Assembly (NCBI GenBank): GCA_050951325.1
Contig: JBMNIW010000012.1
Span: forward strand, 416,001-480,000
Length of the DNA stretch: 64,000 bases
Direction: 5' to 3'
Source of the DNA: Clostridia bacterium
GTDB lineage: Bacteria; Bacillota; Clostridia; UBA1212; DUPL01
Shown piece by piece: positions 10,893 through 20,076 of this stretch; the first letter of the stretch is position 1, and every line of letters starts with the position of its first letter. A program made the position numbers and the translations under genes. The notes under the pieces are model-generated. The model saw nothing but the letters and a program-made list of their open reading frames with translations. It was not told the DNA's origin and made no database searches.

Positions 10893-10986
10893 CTGCCTCA
10901 TGTTCCCTGTGGGAACAATTTTGCCCTTTATAAATGTTAAAATCATGTAGTTTATAATATTTAGCTGGACACAAGGGGGCAAAAGT

Positions 10987-11301
10987 GTGAGCAATCATTA
11001 TCCAATGAACATCTGTGGCAATTTAATAAAACATGCCCGGAATGCTGCGAATATGACGCAGGAACAATTGGCAGCAAAGCTTCAACTTGATGGTATAATG
11101 CTCTCGCGTGTTCAAATAAGCAAGATCGAGAAAGGATACAGGTACATAACGGATCAAGAACTTGCTGGTTTCGTAAGAATTTTGGGTAAGAACCTTTTAC
11201 AGGAGTTTTGGAACGAGATTAACAAGGGAGGAGACGGGCAGATTTACCGCAGCAGGGATAAGAAAGCTTCAAGCGTTGCTGAGAATGACAAGTTTGAGTA
11301 A
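10987..11301 (+). CDS. XRE-family HTH transcriptional regulator
   Basis: R...NMTQEQLAAKL....SRVQISKIEKG motif. Confidence 0.85.
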   Translation: MSNHYPMNICGNLIKHARNAANMTQEQLAAKLQLDGIMLSRVQISKIEKGYRYITDQELAGFVRILGKNLLQEFWNEINKGGDGQIYRSRDKKASSVAENDKFE

Positions 11302-11319
11302 TCATGGAGGTTTTTATCA

Positions 11320-12102
11320 ATGCAAAATTCTGGTGTTACCAAACCGCTAAATATTATAATCGCGCTACCAGAATCAGATTTTTTTAAAGAGTTTGTATCA
11401 TATATAATCTCGCATCATACTATTAAAAACCTAGGTTTCGCAGAAAAACTCAAAGAAGCTTTCCCCATGGCAGTAGAACTAGATTCTGATTTAGTAATAA
11501 TCGACGACTCGTTTATTGAGGTGGATTGCAGGCAACTTAAAAATGAAATTGAAAGAGCAGAATACAATGGAACAACCATTGTTTTTGCAGGCAGTGACAT
11601 ATATAAATGCAAGGATATTGGGAAATATGAGAATGTTTTTTTCGTAGACAAGACGTTAAACAAAGAAGAGGTAATAAAGCACATCAATTTGGTTATACAG
11701 CATGGCATGACGGATGTGGAGACAAAATCAAAGATCTCCATATTTGACCATGCGGAGTTTCCAATTGAAATGTACAGGCAGGCAACAAAACTTCTTGTCA
11801 ATTGTGGCTTTAATCCGAAGCACAAGGGTTTTTTATACTTGCGTGACGCATCTATTATGACACTGCTTGAAATAAGGGGAGGAAGTCTTTCCAAGGATAT
11901 TTATCCTGTTATTGCAAACAGGTACAATGTAAGCGATGAAAGTGTGGAAAGGGCAATTAGGCATGCTGTGTCCAAGGTTTGGCAAACGAACCGCCTGGAA
12001 CCCTTGTCCAAGTTTGGAATTAAGTATCGGTTTGATGACAGACCAACAAATTCAGTTATTATATCCTGTTTTACAGATATTCTACGGGAACTCAACGGAT
12101 AA
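11320..12102 (+). CDS. Spo0A paralog (degenerate receiver plus Spo0A C-terminal domain)
   Basis: KGFLYLRDA, LSKDIYPVIANRY, SVERAIRHAV and RPTNS motifs. Confidence 0.85.
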   Translation: MQNSGVTKPLNIIIALPESDFFKEFVSYIISHHTIKNLGFAEKLKEAFPMAVELDSDLVIIDDSFIEVDCRQLKNEIERAEYNGTTIVFAGSDIYKCKDIGKYENVFFVDKTLNKEEVIKHINLVIQHGMTDVETKSKISIFDHAEFPIEMYRQATKLLVNCGFNPKHKGFLYLRDASIMTLLEIRGGSLSKDIYPVIANRYNVSDESVERAIRHAVSKVWQTNRLEPLSKFGIKYRFDDRPTNSVIISCFTDILRELNG

Positions 12103-12106
12103 TTAC

Positions 12107-12868
12107 TTAAATCATATTCAGTCTTATTGCGTCGGATAAAAGTGAAATGAATTCCACATTTGTGGGGGATTGATTGGTGTTTATTGTGAAGCCTAGAGCT
12201 TCTTTTAGATTTTCGAAATTACATGAATTCCATATGGATTGTATGGCGGTTTGTATTGAATGTTCAACACTGCGGTTGGATACTCCGAATTGTTCGGCTA
12301 TTTGAGAATAAAGTATTTTTGTAACGGAGAACAGCTTTTCGCTATCTTGTGCAACAAGTATAAGTGCATGACGTAGATAATGAAAACCTTTGAAATTGGG
12401 GGGAAGTCCTAGGGTGTAAAGAACTTTTGTGACTTTCACTTCCAGACATCTGCTTGTAAAATCGCAGTCGTCTATGCATATAGGGTCTTGTTTGCTAGTT
12501 AAATATGTATATATCTTTTCTATCAAACCGGCAGGGTCGGCTGGTTTTTCCAAAATCAAATCAGCCGAGTATCTATATGCTAGCTGCCAGTATATGTCGT
12601 TCTGTTTTTCACAGTACATTATAATAAACGGTCGATCTTCAATTTGAGCCGATATTTGCCTTAGAATATCAAGCCCGCATACTCCTGTCAGGGCTGAATC
12701 CAAAACAAGAAAATCGGGTTTGTATTTCCTTACCAGTGATAAAACCTTTTCCCCAGAACTAACACAAGCGACAACTTTTAACACATTTTCAGCCATTATC
12801 CTTCTTAAAAACTCAGCTGTCGTTCCAAGGTGTGTGTAAGCAATTATTATCTTTGCATCTATTGACAT
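12107..12868 (-). CDS. Spo0A paralog (receiver plus Spo0A C-terminal domain)
   Basis: KPDFLVLD, EKP; KGFHYLRHA, VTKILYSQIA, SVEHSIQTAI, PTNVEFI. Confidence 0.85.
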   Translation of the reverse strand: MSIDAKIIIAYTHLGTTAEFLRRIMAENVLKVVACVSSGEKVLSLVRKYKPDFLVLDSALTGVCGLDILRQISAQIEDRPFIIMYCEKQNDIYWQLAYRYSADLILEKPADPAGLIEKIYTYLTSKQDPICIDDCDFTSRCLEVKVTKVLYTLGLPPNFKGFHYLRHALILVAQDSEKLFSVTKILYSQIAEQFGVSNRSVEHSIQTAIQSIWNSCNFENLKEALGFTINTNQSPTNVEFISLLSDAIRLNMI

Positions 12869-12885
12869 CGTATCAATCCTTTCAT

Positions 12886-13752
12886 CTAGTGTTCATGAAG
12901 AATTCTATACAATTCGCTTACCAACGCATCAACAAAACAGTAGGTTGAAGGCAGGTTGTTTATATGTTCATCATTGCCAATTTCAGTAATGGTATACTTT
13001 CTGAAGCCCAGCTGTTGCAGAACGTCAGCATCTCCTTTTTGAAGCGTCTGCAGAACAGCAAGTCTCATGCCTTTGCTTATTCTTATTTGTGTTGTTTGAA
13101 ACTTAAAAGATAATATTTTGTACATGGAATGTTTGAGTTCATTGTATCTGTGGGGGTTGACATACAGCATTTCTACTGCAGCCTTAAGATACATGTAACC
13201 TTTCAGGTGTGTGGGAACACCTAGCAATTTAAATAGATACGTAATACCGTCTTGTATTCTTTTGATTTCATCGAGTTTTACAGGTTCGTTTACGTCACAA
13301 ACACAGCTTGTGTTATGTCTGTCATTCAACAGGTAGTCCATGTATAATGAATAATTGTCCAGCTTTGTATCAATTTGTCTTGGTATTGTTTTTGTCTGTC
13401 CATTGCCTTGGATTATTTGAGTAAGATTAAAGCATTTTGTAAGCTTGTACAGATATGCGTCAAAGCCTGTTTCACTCTTCCTGTTCTCGTGAAATTCAAT
13501 TATGTATGTATCCAAATTGTGGTCATGAGCATTCTGAATAATCTCATTAAGACCATGATAAAACAAAGCACAATCCACAACCAACACATCGGTGTGCTGT
13601 ACTTCCATTAGCTTTAGAACACTGTCTACATCATTAAAAACACCTGTAATCGATATGTTTTTTATGTACGACAGAAGTTTATGAAGCTCGCTATAGTATT
13701 GTGCGCTATTAACATCTAGTGCAATTACCAAACTTAAATTGTCTTTCTCCAA
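12886..13752 (-). CDS. Divergent Spo0A paralog
   Basis: DVLVVD receiver remnant; LGVPTHLKGYMYLKAA, TTQIRISKGMRLAV, PSTYCFV. Confidence 0.75.
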   Translation of the reverse strand: MEKDNLSLVIALDVNSAQYYSELHKLLSYIKNISITGVFNDVDSVLKLMEVQHTDVLVVDCALFYHGLNEIIQNAHDHNLDTYIIEFHENRKSETGFDAYLYKLTKCFNLTQIIQGNGQTKTIPRQIDTKLDNYSLYMDYLLNDRHNTSCVCDVNEPVKLDEIKRIQDGITYLFKLLGVPTHLKGYMYLKAAVEMLYVNPHRYNELKHSMYKILSFKFQTTQIRISKGMRLAVLQTLQKGDADVLQQLGFRKYTITEIGNDEHINNLPSTYCFVDALVSELYRILHEH

Positions 13753-13768
13753 AGAAACCCTCCTTCCT

Positions 13769-14566
13769 CTAAGAGTGTCCTGAATACTTGAGGCTAAGTT
13801 TGTCTGCTATCAGTGCAATAAACTCTGAATTTGTAGCCCGTCCCTTGTTGATATTTATTGTATATGCAAAAAGCTCGTTTAACAAGTCCGTTCTTCCACG
13901 CTCCCATGCAATATCCAGAGCATTTCGCATAGCTTTTTCAACACTCGCAGCGCTCTTTCCATATTTCCTTGCTATGACCGGGTAAACGGTCTTGCTTAAT
14001 TTGGTTGCCAGAGTTCTGTCATGTACAACCATCAGTATGGCTTCCCGCAAATAGTTGTGTCCAAAGAGATGTGCAGGTATTCCCAATTGGTGTAGAATCT
14101 TTGTTATTTCTTCAGAGAGTTCCTTACTATCAAACAAAAGGGATGTTACTCCTTGCGTTTTTAAACCGCTTGGTAAGCTTGTTCGGGTTCCTCTCGTAAG
14201 AAACCTTATTTGTTCAAATAAGAAATCAAAGTTTACAGGTTTTAGCAAGTAGTAATCCGCACCCAGAGACATTGCTGTTTGGACATAAATGTCTTGTGAA
14301 AAGTTTGAAGTCATGATGGTTATTGGTTTGTTGTAAGTCTGGTGCTGCAACCTTCTTAATACACCGAGCCCATCTACCACAGGTAATAAGGCGTCCAATA
14401 TCAATACATCCGGATCATTTCTTTTTACTGATGGTATAACATCTTGTCCACTGTTAACGTAGTCAACAACGGAAACACCTATCTCTCCTTTCGCATATTC
14501 ACAAAAAGTGTTAATAAAATTTGTATCACTATCAGCTATTACAATCTCAATAACTTTTTCATACAC
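13769..14566 (-). CDS. Spo0A-like response regulator (closest to canonical of the four)
   Basis: PDVLILD..LP..DGLGVL, LGADYYLLKP, LGIPAH..G..YLREAI, AWERG, KGRATNSEFIALIADKL. Confidence 0.92.
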   Translation of the reverse strand: MYEKVIEIVIADSDTNFINTFCEYAKGEIGVSVVDYVNSGQDVIPSVKRNDPDVLILDALLPVVDGLGVLRRLQHQTYNKPITIMTSNFSQDIYVQTAMSLGADYYLLKPVNFDFLFEQIRFLTRGTRTSLPSGLKTQGVTSLLFDSKELSEEITKILHQLGIPAHLFGHNYLREAILMVVHDRTLATKLSKTVYPVIARKYGKSAASVEKAMRNALDIAWERGRTDLLNELFAYTININKGRATNSEFIALIADKLSLKYSGHS

Positions 14567-14781
14567 TCAAATCACCTTTTATCCTTTGTAAGTGCTCAGT
14601 GTTACAAATGTTATTGCGAATATGTAATATATGGTAATACAAAGTGAGCTGATAACTATAATAACATTAATTTTCAAATTTGTGAATAGGTAAATCATAA
14701 AAACTTCAAACTTTTTTTAATTTTAATGTAATTCATGTAATAAATTATGAATTCGTTCAGCCATAATGGAAGCATTTTTTC

Positions 14782-14810
14782 TTGACAAAAAGTAATAATA
14801 AGAGTATTAT
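14782..14810 (+). promoter_or_regulatory. Sigma-A promoter of tRNA-Arg
   Basis: TTGACA, 17 bp spacer, TATTAT. Confidence 0.8.
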
Positions 14811-14823
14811 TATATAGTGCGAT

Positions 14824-14900
14824 GTGCCCATAGCTCAACTGGATAGAGCGTTTGGCTACGGACCAAAAGGTTGTGGGTTCAATTCCTGCTGGGCACGCCA
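14824..14900 (+). tRNA. tRNA-Arg(ACG)
   Basis: Acceptor stem GTGCCCA/TGGGCAC, anticodon arm TTTGG-CTACGGA-CCAAA, T-loop TTCAATT, encoded CCA end. Confidence 0.97.
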
Positions 14901-14905
14901 TCAAT

Positions 14906-14946
14906 AAAAGCCACTAATTTCAACAAATTAGTGGCTTTTCCTTTTT
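14906..14946 (+). terminator. Intrinsic terminator after the tRNA
   Basis: 15-bp stem AAAAGCCACTAATTT/AAATTAGTGGCTTTT followed by a T-run. Confidence 0.8.
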
Positions 14947-15008
14947 AATTCGCAAGTTTTATTCTCATTACATATCATAGTACCAGACGTATTAAGGATG
15001 GTGCTTGT

Positions 15009-15995
15009 ATGTCTTATGAATTAAGAGACGTAAAAATTCATGTGCTGGAAAATGCACAATATTATATGAACATCGGCTATGCCGGTTATAGAGTTACCTC
15101 GGACTTTTTGCCAAAGAGAGATCATCCGGTTACCGGTGAAATCATTGAACACCTAGGGGTGGATATGACAGGAGCCTATGGATGGAATGCTCTTGACTGG
15201 GTTGTCGCCCCGTGGAGTGGAAAAATCGTATCAATAGAAAAAGATGTAACCCTTAGCGCAGGCGCAGGAGAAGAAACCCAGGAAGAGCGTGCAAAAAAGA
15301 TACGTGAATTGGGTATAGGCAGCGGTAACTATGTTAGACTTAGGCATAACGATAGAGTGGAAACAAGAATGATACACTTGGCGTATGGCACAGTGACGTC
15401 AAAAGGAGTCGGAGATATTGTTAAAAAAGGAGAAAGGCTCGGCTATATGGGAATGACGGGCATGGCAGTGGGGGCTCATCTGCATTTTGAAGTTATTATG
15501 GATGGAAAGCACGTAGACCCAATACCATACTTGCTCGGTGAAATAAATGTTGTTTCCGATTATGAAAACCAAGGAGGTGCATACATGGGCTATATTAAGC
15601 TTACAAAGGAATTAAAATACGGTGATAAAGGTGAGGACGTAATGCTTCTACAGCTGAGGCTCTGCCAGCTTTCTGCAGAAATTGAAGCGGAAATGAAGAG
15701 TCATTCATTTAAGAGCGACGGCTCTCCCGATGGTGGTTTTGGAACGGGTACACAGAATACACTTAAAAAAGTGCAAAAACTGGCGGGTTTATCTGAAACG
15801 GGCAGGCTTGACAAGCAAACAATGGATTTCCTCAATTCAGATTTTATTACCTTGTACAAAGGCTTAAACGACAAATCAAAAGAAGTTGACACACTTTCAA
15901 AAACTGTCACAAAACTGCAGTCGGATTATAACAACCTGAGCCAACAAGTTGACCAAGTCAAGAATGCGTTGGGTATAATTAAGAATTTTGCATGA
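15009..15995 (+). CDS. M23 peptidase with peptidoglycan-binding domain and coiled-coil tail
   Basis: HLGVD, GNYV, IHL, G.TG...GAHLHFEV; LKYGDKGEDV..LQ..L and DGGFG.GT PG-binding motifs. Confidence 0.85.
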   Translation: MSYELRDVKIHVLENAQYYMNIGYAGYRVTSDFLPKRDHPVTGEIIEHLGVDMTGAYGWNALDWVVAPWSGKIVSIEKDVTLSAGAGEETQEERAKKIRELGIGSGNYVRLRHNDRVETRMIHLAYGTVTSKGVGDIVKKGERLGYMGMTGMAVGAHLHFEVIMDGKHVDPIPYLLGEINVVSDYENQGGAYMGYIKLTKELKYGDKGEDVMLLQLRLCQLSAEIEAEMKSHSFKSDGSPDGGFGTGTQNTLKKVQKLAGLSETGRLDKQTMDFLNSDFITLYKGLNDKSKEVDTLSKTVTKLQSDYNNLSQQVDQVKNALGIIKNFA

Positions 15996-16149
15996 GATAA
16001 ATATACGACCGGAGTTATCATATACTCCGGTCTAGTTTTTGTATTTTACAGACATTTACATATTTCATACATTTACCATGTTAAGTTTGTAAAGCATGTG
16101 TTAAAATGTAAAAGCAGTCACAAAAAATTAATAAATTTGGGAGGTTGTT

Positions 16150-17124
16150 ATGAAAAAAACAGCAAAACTAATTGCGTTAGTAATGATAATATCAACAGTT
16201 CTTATGAACTTTAGTTTTGCAGCGGGAGAAAGCAGCAGTGCGGGAGTTGTCGCTACCAAGTCAACGGCACTTAATATTAGAAGCGGTCCTGGTACAGGGC
16301 ACAAAATTATAGGGAAATTGCAAAAAGGCAGTTACATAACATTGCAAAACGAGTCAAACGGTTGGTGGAGAATAGAGTATGCTGATGGAAAAGAAGGTTA
16401 CGTATCAAGCGATTACATAAATGAAGTAAAAGAATCAAAAGCATATTTGGTAAACACTCAATCGACAAGATTGAATGTAAGAAAAGGCCCTGGCACCAAT
16501 TACGGAATAATTGGAAAGCTTAACAAAGGAGACTACGTGGTGGTTTTGTCTTTATCCAACGGCTGGGCAAAAGTACTTTTTGACGGAACAAAACAAGGCT
16601 ATGTAAGCTTTGCATATTTGGCACAAAACAGTACAACAAAAAGTCACGAGTATCCTGCAATAAGCCTGAATATAAACAGGATGGCTCAGGGAGATATTAG
16701 ATGGGCAAATGTGAAACTTGGGATAAGTGGAAAGACCATAGGAAGTATTGGCTGTCTGACTACGGCTGTTGCCATGGCAGAGTCCTACAGGCAGGGTAGA
16801 ACAATAACGCCAGATGTAATGTCCAGAAATTTGAGATACACAGCATCAGGTGCAATGTACTGGCCTTCTAATTACATAAACTCATATACCACAAACTATC
16901 TGTCTGCGATATACAATCTGCTCAAGCAGGGAAAACCCGTTTTGGTCGGAGCAAGGACTTACAGCGGCGGTCAGCACTGGGTTCTTGTAACGGGCTTTAA
17001 AGGTGGAAACAGTTTGAGTGCTTCCAATTTCACTATTGCAGATCCAGGCACAGCAAATCGCTCCACTTTGTCAGAATTCTTCGCTGCATATCCGGTTTAC
17101 TACAAAATTGCATACTATGCATAA
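16150..17124 (+). CDS. Secreted protein with two SH3b domains and a C39-like peptidase domain
   Basis: Signal peptide; LNIRSGPGT and LNVRKGPGT repeats; Q....W, GC.TTAVAM, HWVLVTG, DP motifs. Confidence 0.85.
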   Translation: MKKTAKLIALVMIISTVLMNFSFAAGESSSAGVVATKSTALNIRSGPGTGHKIIGKLQKGSYITLQNESNGWWRIEYADGKEGYVSSDYINEVKESKAYLVNTQSTRLNVRKGPGTNYGIIGKLNKGDYVVVLSLSNGWAKVLFDGTKQGYVSFAYLAQNSTTKSHEYPAISLNINRMAQGDIRWANVKLGISGKTIGSIGCLTTAVAMAESYRQGRTITPDVMSRNLRYTASGAMYWPSNYINSYTTNYLSAIYNLLKQGKPVLVGARTYSGGQHWVLVTGFKGGNSLSASNFTIADPGTANRSTLSEFFAAYPVYYKIAYYA

Positions 17125-17144
17125 AAGAAAAGTATTGGAAAGAG

Positions 17145-17170
17145 AAAAGGACGCTAGAGCGTCCTTTTTA
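17145..17170. terminator. Bidirectional terminator
   Basis: AAAAGGACGCT-AG-AGCGTCCTTTT between convergent genes. Confidence 0.75.
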
Positions 17171-17196
17171 ACCATCCTGGTATAGGGTTTGTATTT

Positions 17197-19107
17197 TCAA
17201 TCGTGTACCCTGTTATTATGCAAATCGTTATTAGACTTGCTCAAAACATTAAATACAAATGTGACTCTTTCAAAATCATCCATACGGCATACAACCAAAC
17301 CTGCCTCAGGGTAGTAAACGTACAGGTAATCTCCAATATATAATCCTCTTGCAACATTCGAACTGTCCCGATTTATCTTGACAAGATCATCTATGTTGAT
17401 GACTGCAGCAAGACCGAATCCTTCATTTTCATCATAAGTAAAGACAAGGTAATCAGTCTCTGCAGAAAACCCAATAATATTTCTATTGGGTGCAACCAAT
17501 AAGGCCTTGTGACTATCCAAAGCAGAAGAATAACGGTATTTGCTGTCCAAAATGAACTTGTGCTTTTCAAATACTTTAGTTTTGTCGGATACGTCAAACA
17601 TTGATAACTTGATAGTCACAGTGTCCCTTCCCAGTCCAAAAAGCAGGTTTTCTCCGTATGGATGAAGATAGCTTGAATATCCTGGAATGTCAAGTGCGCT
17701 CATTATTGTCGGATTTTCAGGGTCGCTTAGGTCTACTGTGAAAAGAGGATCATAGAATTTGTAATTTATCATTTTTGCGGTAACAAAGTAGCCGATGTCA
17801 CCGTTAAAACGTACTGAAAAGTTTGATTCACCTTTTGCAAGACCTTCAAGTCGTCCGATAATTTTTAATTTATCATCCAACACAAACAGATTGCTGCCTT
17901 CATTGTCTGATTGTGTTACTATTCTGAAATATCCATCATATTCATCCATCGAGAACTGGTTTAGAATTCTTCCAGGAACGCTGCCAACATTCTCAACATC
18001 TACTACCCCCTTGTCAAGTGACAGTCGGAGGAGTCTTGTTGTATCCTTTAAATCCTTTCTTGTAACAGAAGCTACATATATGTTTTCAAGATTAGCGTAT
18101 ACGTTATCTCCGGATCCAAACACTGCTTTGGATGATATGTGCTCCTCCGGATTCTGAGTGTCGATACCTGTTACAACCAGGTATCTATACTGTTTGGGAT
18201 ACGGAATCATGCTTATATCAGAAGGATCCATCAGAGTTTTTTCGCCTTTATTGTTCTGAAAATTTATAAGGTAAGGAATGAATGTGTTAGGATCTTTCGT
18301 ATAGTTTTCATCAAATACGAAGTTTGTCAGAAGGTACAAGGTGTCTCCTATCATCCTTGATGACAGGCAGTACCCGCCCTGACCCAAACCGTTTATATAT
18401 TTTGGCTTCGTTTTGTCTGAAATATCGTATATGTCTACCCTTGTTTCTTCACCGCATACAGTACTACGGATAATTACAATTCTATTGTTTGTTACATACA
18501 TCTCCCACGGATAATATTTCATATCCCTAATATCATCATCGTAGAATTTTATGGTTGATACTACTTTTGTATCATCTCCTTCCGCTTTGTAGATTATAAC
18601 ATTCCTATAAGCTTTGGATATGGTATAAATGTACTCTCCGTCAGTTTTCATGATATCTGCTTCCTGGACTCCACTAACCTGTATGTTGGTATCGGAGTAG
18701 TTTTGATTTATTGCCAAATTAATATCATTTGCAGGCACATCTCCTGATATTAGAAGGACGTCTTTCCTGGCAAAGGGACCCTTAAGAACATCAAAAAAAC
18801 GGTCAATGAATTTGTCCAGATCTCCTCTTTTCATTGCCTGCGCAACAGTATATATTTGATTGTAGCTATTAGCAGACAGTACAAAATCCTTGTTAACATT
18901 AAGTCGATACGATATAGAAATGAATGAGAATATAATCAGCAAACAAGCAGCCACAGCTCCCATCTTATCAAGTAAGCTGCGCTTTATTCTCTTGTACTTT
19001 ATTTTAACCTTTCTTCTGTTTAATTTTAGTATATTGTCAATCAATTCAGGGTCGGGCTTGATTTGTTCATTGCATTGTTTATAATCCTCCCTAAACATCA
19101 AAATCAA
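17197..19107 (-). CDS. Membrane-anchored beta-propeller protein, probable anti-sigma factor
   Basis: N-terminal TM (AVAACLLII); YSDTNIQVSGVQEADIMKTDG, LNQFSMDEY.GYFRI, DPLF.VDLSDP motifs; overlaps the ECF gene. Confidence 0.8.
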   Translation of the reverse strand: MILMFREDYKQCNEQIKPDPELIDNILKLNRRKVKIKYKRIKRSLLDKMGAVAACLLIIFSFISISYRLNVNKDFVLSANSYNQIYTVAQAMKRGDLDKFIDRFFDVLKGPFARKDVLLISGDVPANDINLAINQNYSDTNIQVSGVQEADIMKTDGEYIYTISKAYRNVIIYKAEGDDTKVVSTIKFYDDDIRDMKYYPWEMYVTNNRIVIIRSTVCGEETRVDIYDISDKTKPKYINGLGQGGYCLSSRMIGDTLYLLTNFVFDENYTKDPNTFIPYLINFQNNKGEKTLMDPSDISMIPYPKQYRYLVVTGIDTQNPEEHISSKAVFGSGDNVYANLENIYVASVTRKDLKDTTRLLRLSLDKGVVDVENVGSVPGRILNQFSMDEYDGYFRIVTQSDNEGSNLFVLDDKLKIIGRLEGLAKGESNFSVRFNGDIGYFVTAKMINYKFYDPLFTVDLSDPENPTIMSALDIPGYSSYLHPYGENLLFGLGRDTVTIKLSMFDVSDKTKVFEKHKFILDSKYRYSSALDSHKALLVAPNRNIIGFSAETDYLVFTYDENEGFGLAAVINIDDLVKINRDSSNVARGLYIGDYLYVYYPEAGLVVCRMDDFERVTFVFNVLSKSNNDLHNNRVHD

Positions 19108-19591
19108 CTCCTTGTAGTTTCTTTCTAAGGGTGCTCCTAGCTCTGCTCAGTAATGAGCGTACTGTTCCTTCTTTCATATCAAGAAATTCTGCAATTTCCT
19201 TTGTAGAGTAATCCTCGTTATAGAAAAGGTGTATAACGGTTCTTTGTTTAATTGGCAAGTCGAGAACAGCGTAGTACAAATCGCCCTTCTCTTCTATATA
19301 TATGGCATGTTTGTAGTCCTTAACTTCCTCCATTGCTACTATTCTTCTTCGCCAGGAACTTTTCAGGTATGTATTCGAACAATTTATGGTAACTCTTATA
19401 AACCATGCCTTCATGTGTTCCTCGTCGTTGAATCTAGTATTGCTGGTCATAAACCTTATAAATACTTCCTGCAGAATATCGTCTGCATCATGTTTGTTTT
19501 TTGTTCGTGCATATGCCAGACGATATATCATGTTTGCATGTGCTAAAAAGCACTTTTCGATATAATCGTCCGATGTATTATTGATTATCAC
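19091..19591 (-). CDS. ECF RNA polymerase sigma factor
   Basis: DADDILQEVF, AWFIRVTIN, YSTKEIAEFL..KEGTVRSLLSRAR. Confidence 0.92.
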   Translation of the reverse strand: MIINNTSDDYIEKCFLAHANMIYRLAYARTKNKHDADDILQEVFIRFMTSNTRFNDEEHMKAWFIRVTINCSNTYLKSSWRRRIVAMEEVKDYKHAIYIEEKGDLYYAVLDLPIKQRTVIHLFYNEDYSTKEIAEFLDMKEGTVRSLLSRARSTLRKKLQGVDFDV

Positions 19592-19715
19592 TAGGAGTCC
19601 TCCTTTTCATTAGTAACACTAACTACAATTGTGAAATGTTGCAGGTGTTGTATATTATACACAAATAATTAATAACTTTCCCCCAAATATGTAATCCCTG
19701 CAAAAATCAGATTTC

Positions 19716-19744
19716 TTGACAATAGAGGAAGAAACAATTATTAT
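19716..19744 (+). promoter_or_regulatory. Sigma-A promoter of yhbY
   Basis: TTGACA, 17 bp spacer, TATTAT. Confidence 0.7.
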
Positions 19745-19776
19745 ACGTTAGACAAAATTATAAAGGAAGTATAATT

Positions 19777-20076
19777 ATGCTGACAGGAAAACAGAGAGCA
19801 AATCTAAGAAAACTTGCAAACAATCTAGATACAATAATACAAATAGGCAAAGGGAATATTGAGCAGCCCTTGATAAAACAGGTTGATGATGCCCTTGCAG
19901 CAAGAGAATTGATAAAGGTAAGGGTGCTGACTGAAACCTCTGCACTGACACCTAGAGAAGCTGCCGACATTTTGGCAGAAGCAACTAACAGTGAGGTTAT
20001 TCAGGTTATCGGAAGCAGAATAGTGTTATTCCGCAGGAATCCGGAAAAGGGCAAATACGATGAATATATCAATTAG
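19777..20076 (+). CDS. yhbY: YhbY/CRM-domain RNA-binding protein
   Basis: LTGKQRANLR, IGKG, ELIKV, VIQVIG motifs. Confidence 0.92.
   Translation: MLTGKQRANLRKLANNLDTIIQIGKGNIEQPLIKQVDDALAARELIKVRVLTETSALTPREAADILAEATNSEVIQVIGSRIVLFRRNPEKGKYDEYIN

Noticed and set aside
13769-14566. Naming this gene spo0A
   Set aside because: Altered recognition helix (SVEKAMR), altered acidic pocket and no spoIVB context; a paralog is more likely, so no symbol was given.
14567-14700. 0A boxes upstream of the Spo0A-paralog operon
   Set aside because: Only a near match (TTGCGAA) was seen, not a clear TGNCGAA.
14824-14900. tRNA-Arg as the island integration site
   Set aside because: No duplicate of its 3' end and no tyrosine integrase seen in the window; the att sites are in yyaL.
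14695-14904. 69-aa minus-strand ORF
   Set aside because: Antisense to tRNA-Arg and its promoter.
15009-17124. Prophage lysis module
   Set aside because: No holin, structural or replication phage genes nearby; the second gene has a normal signal peptide.
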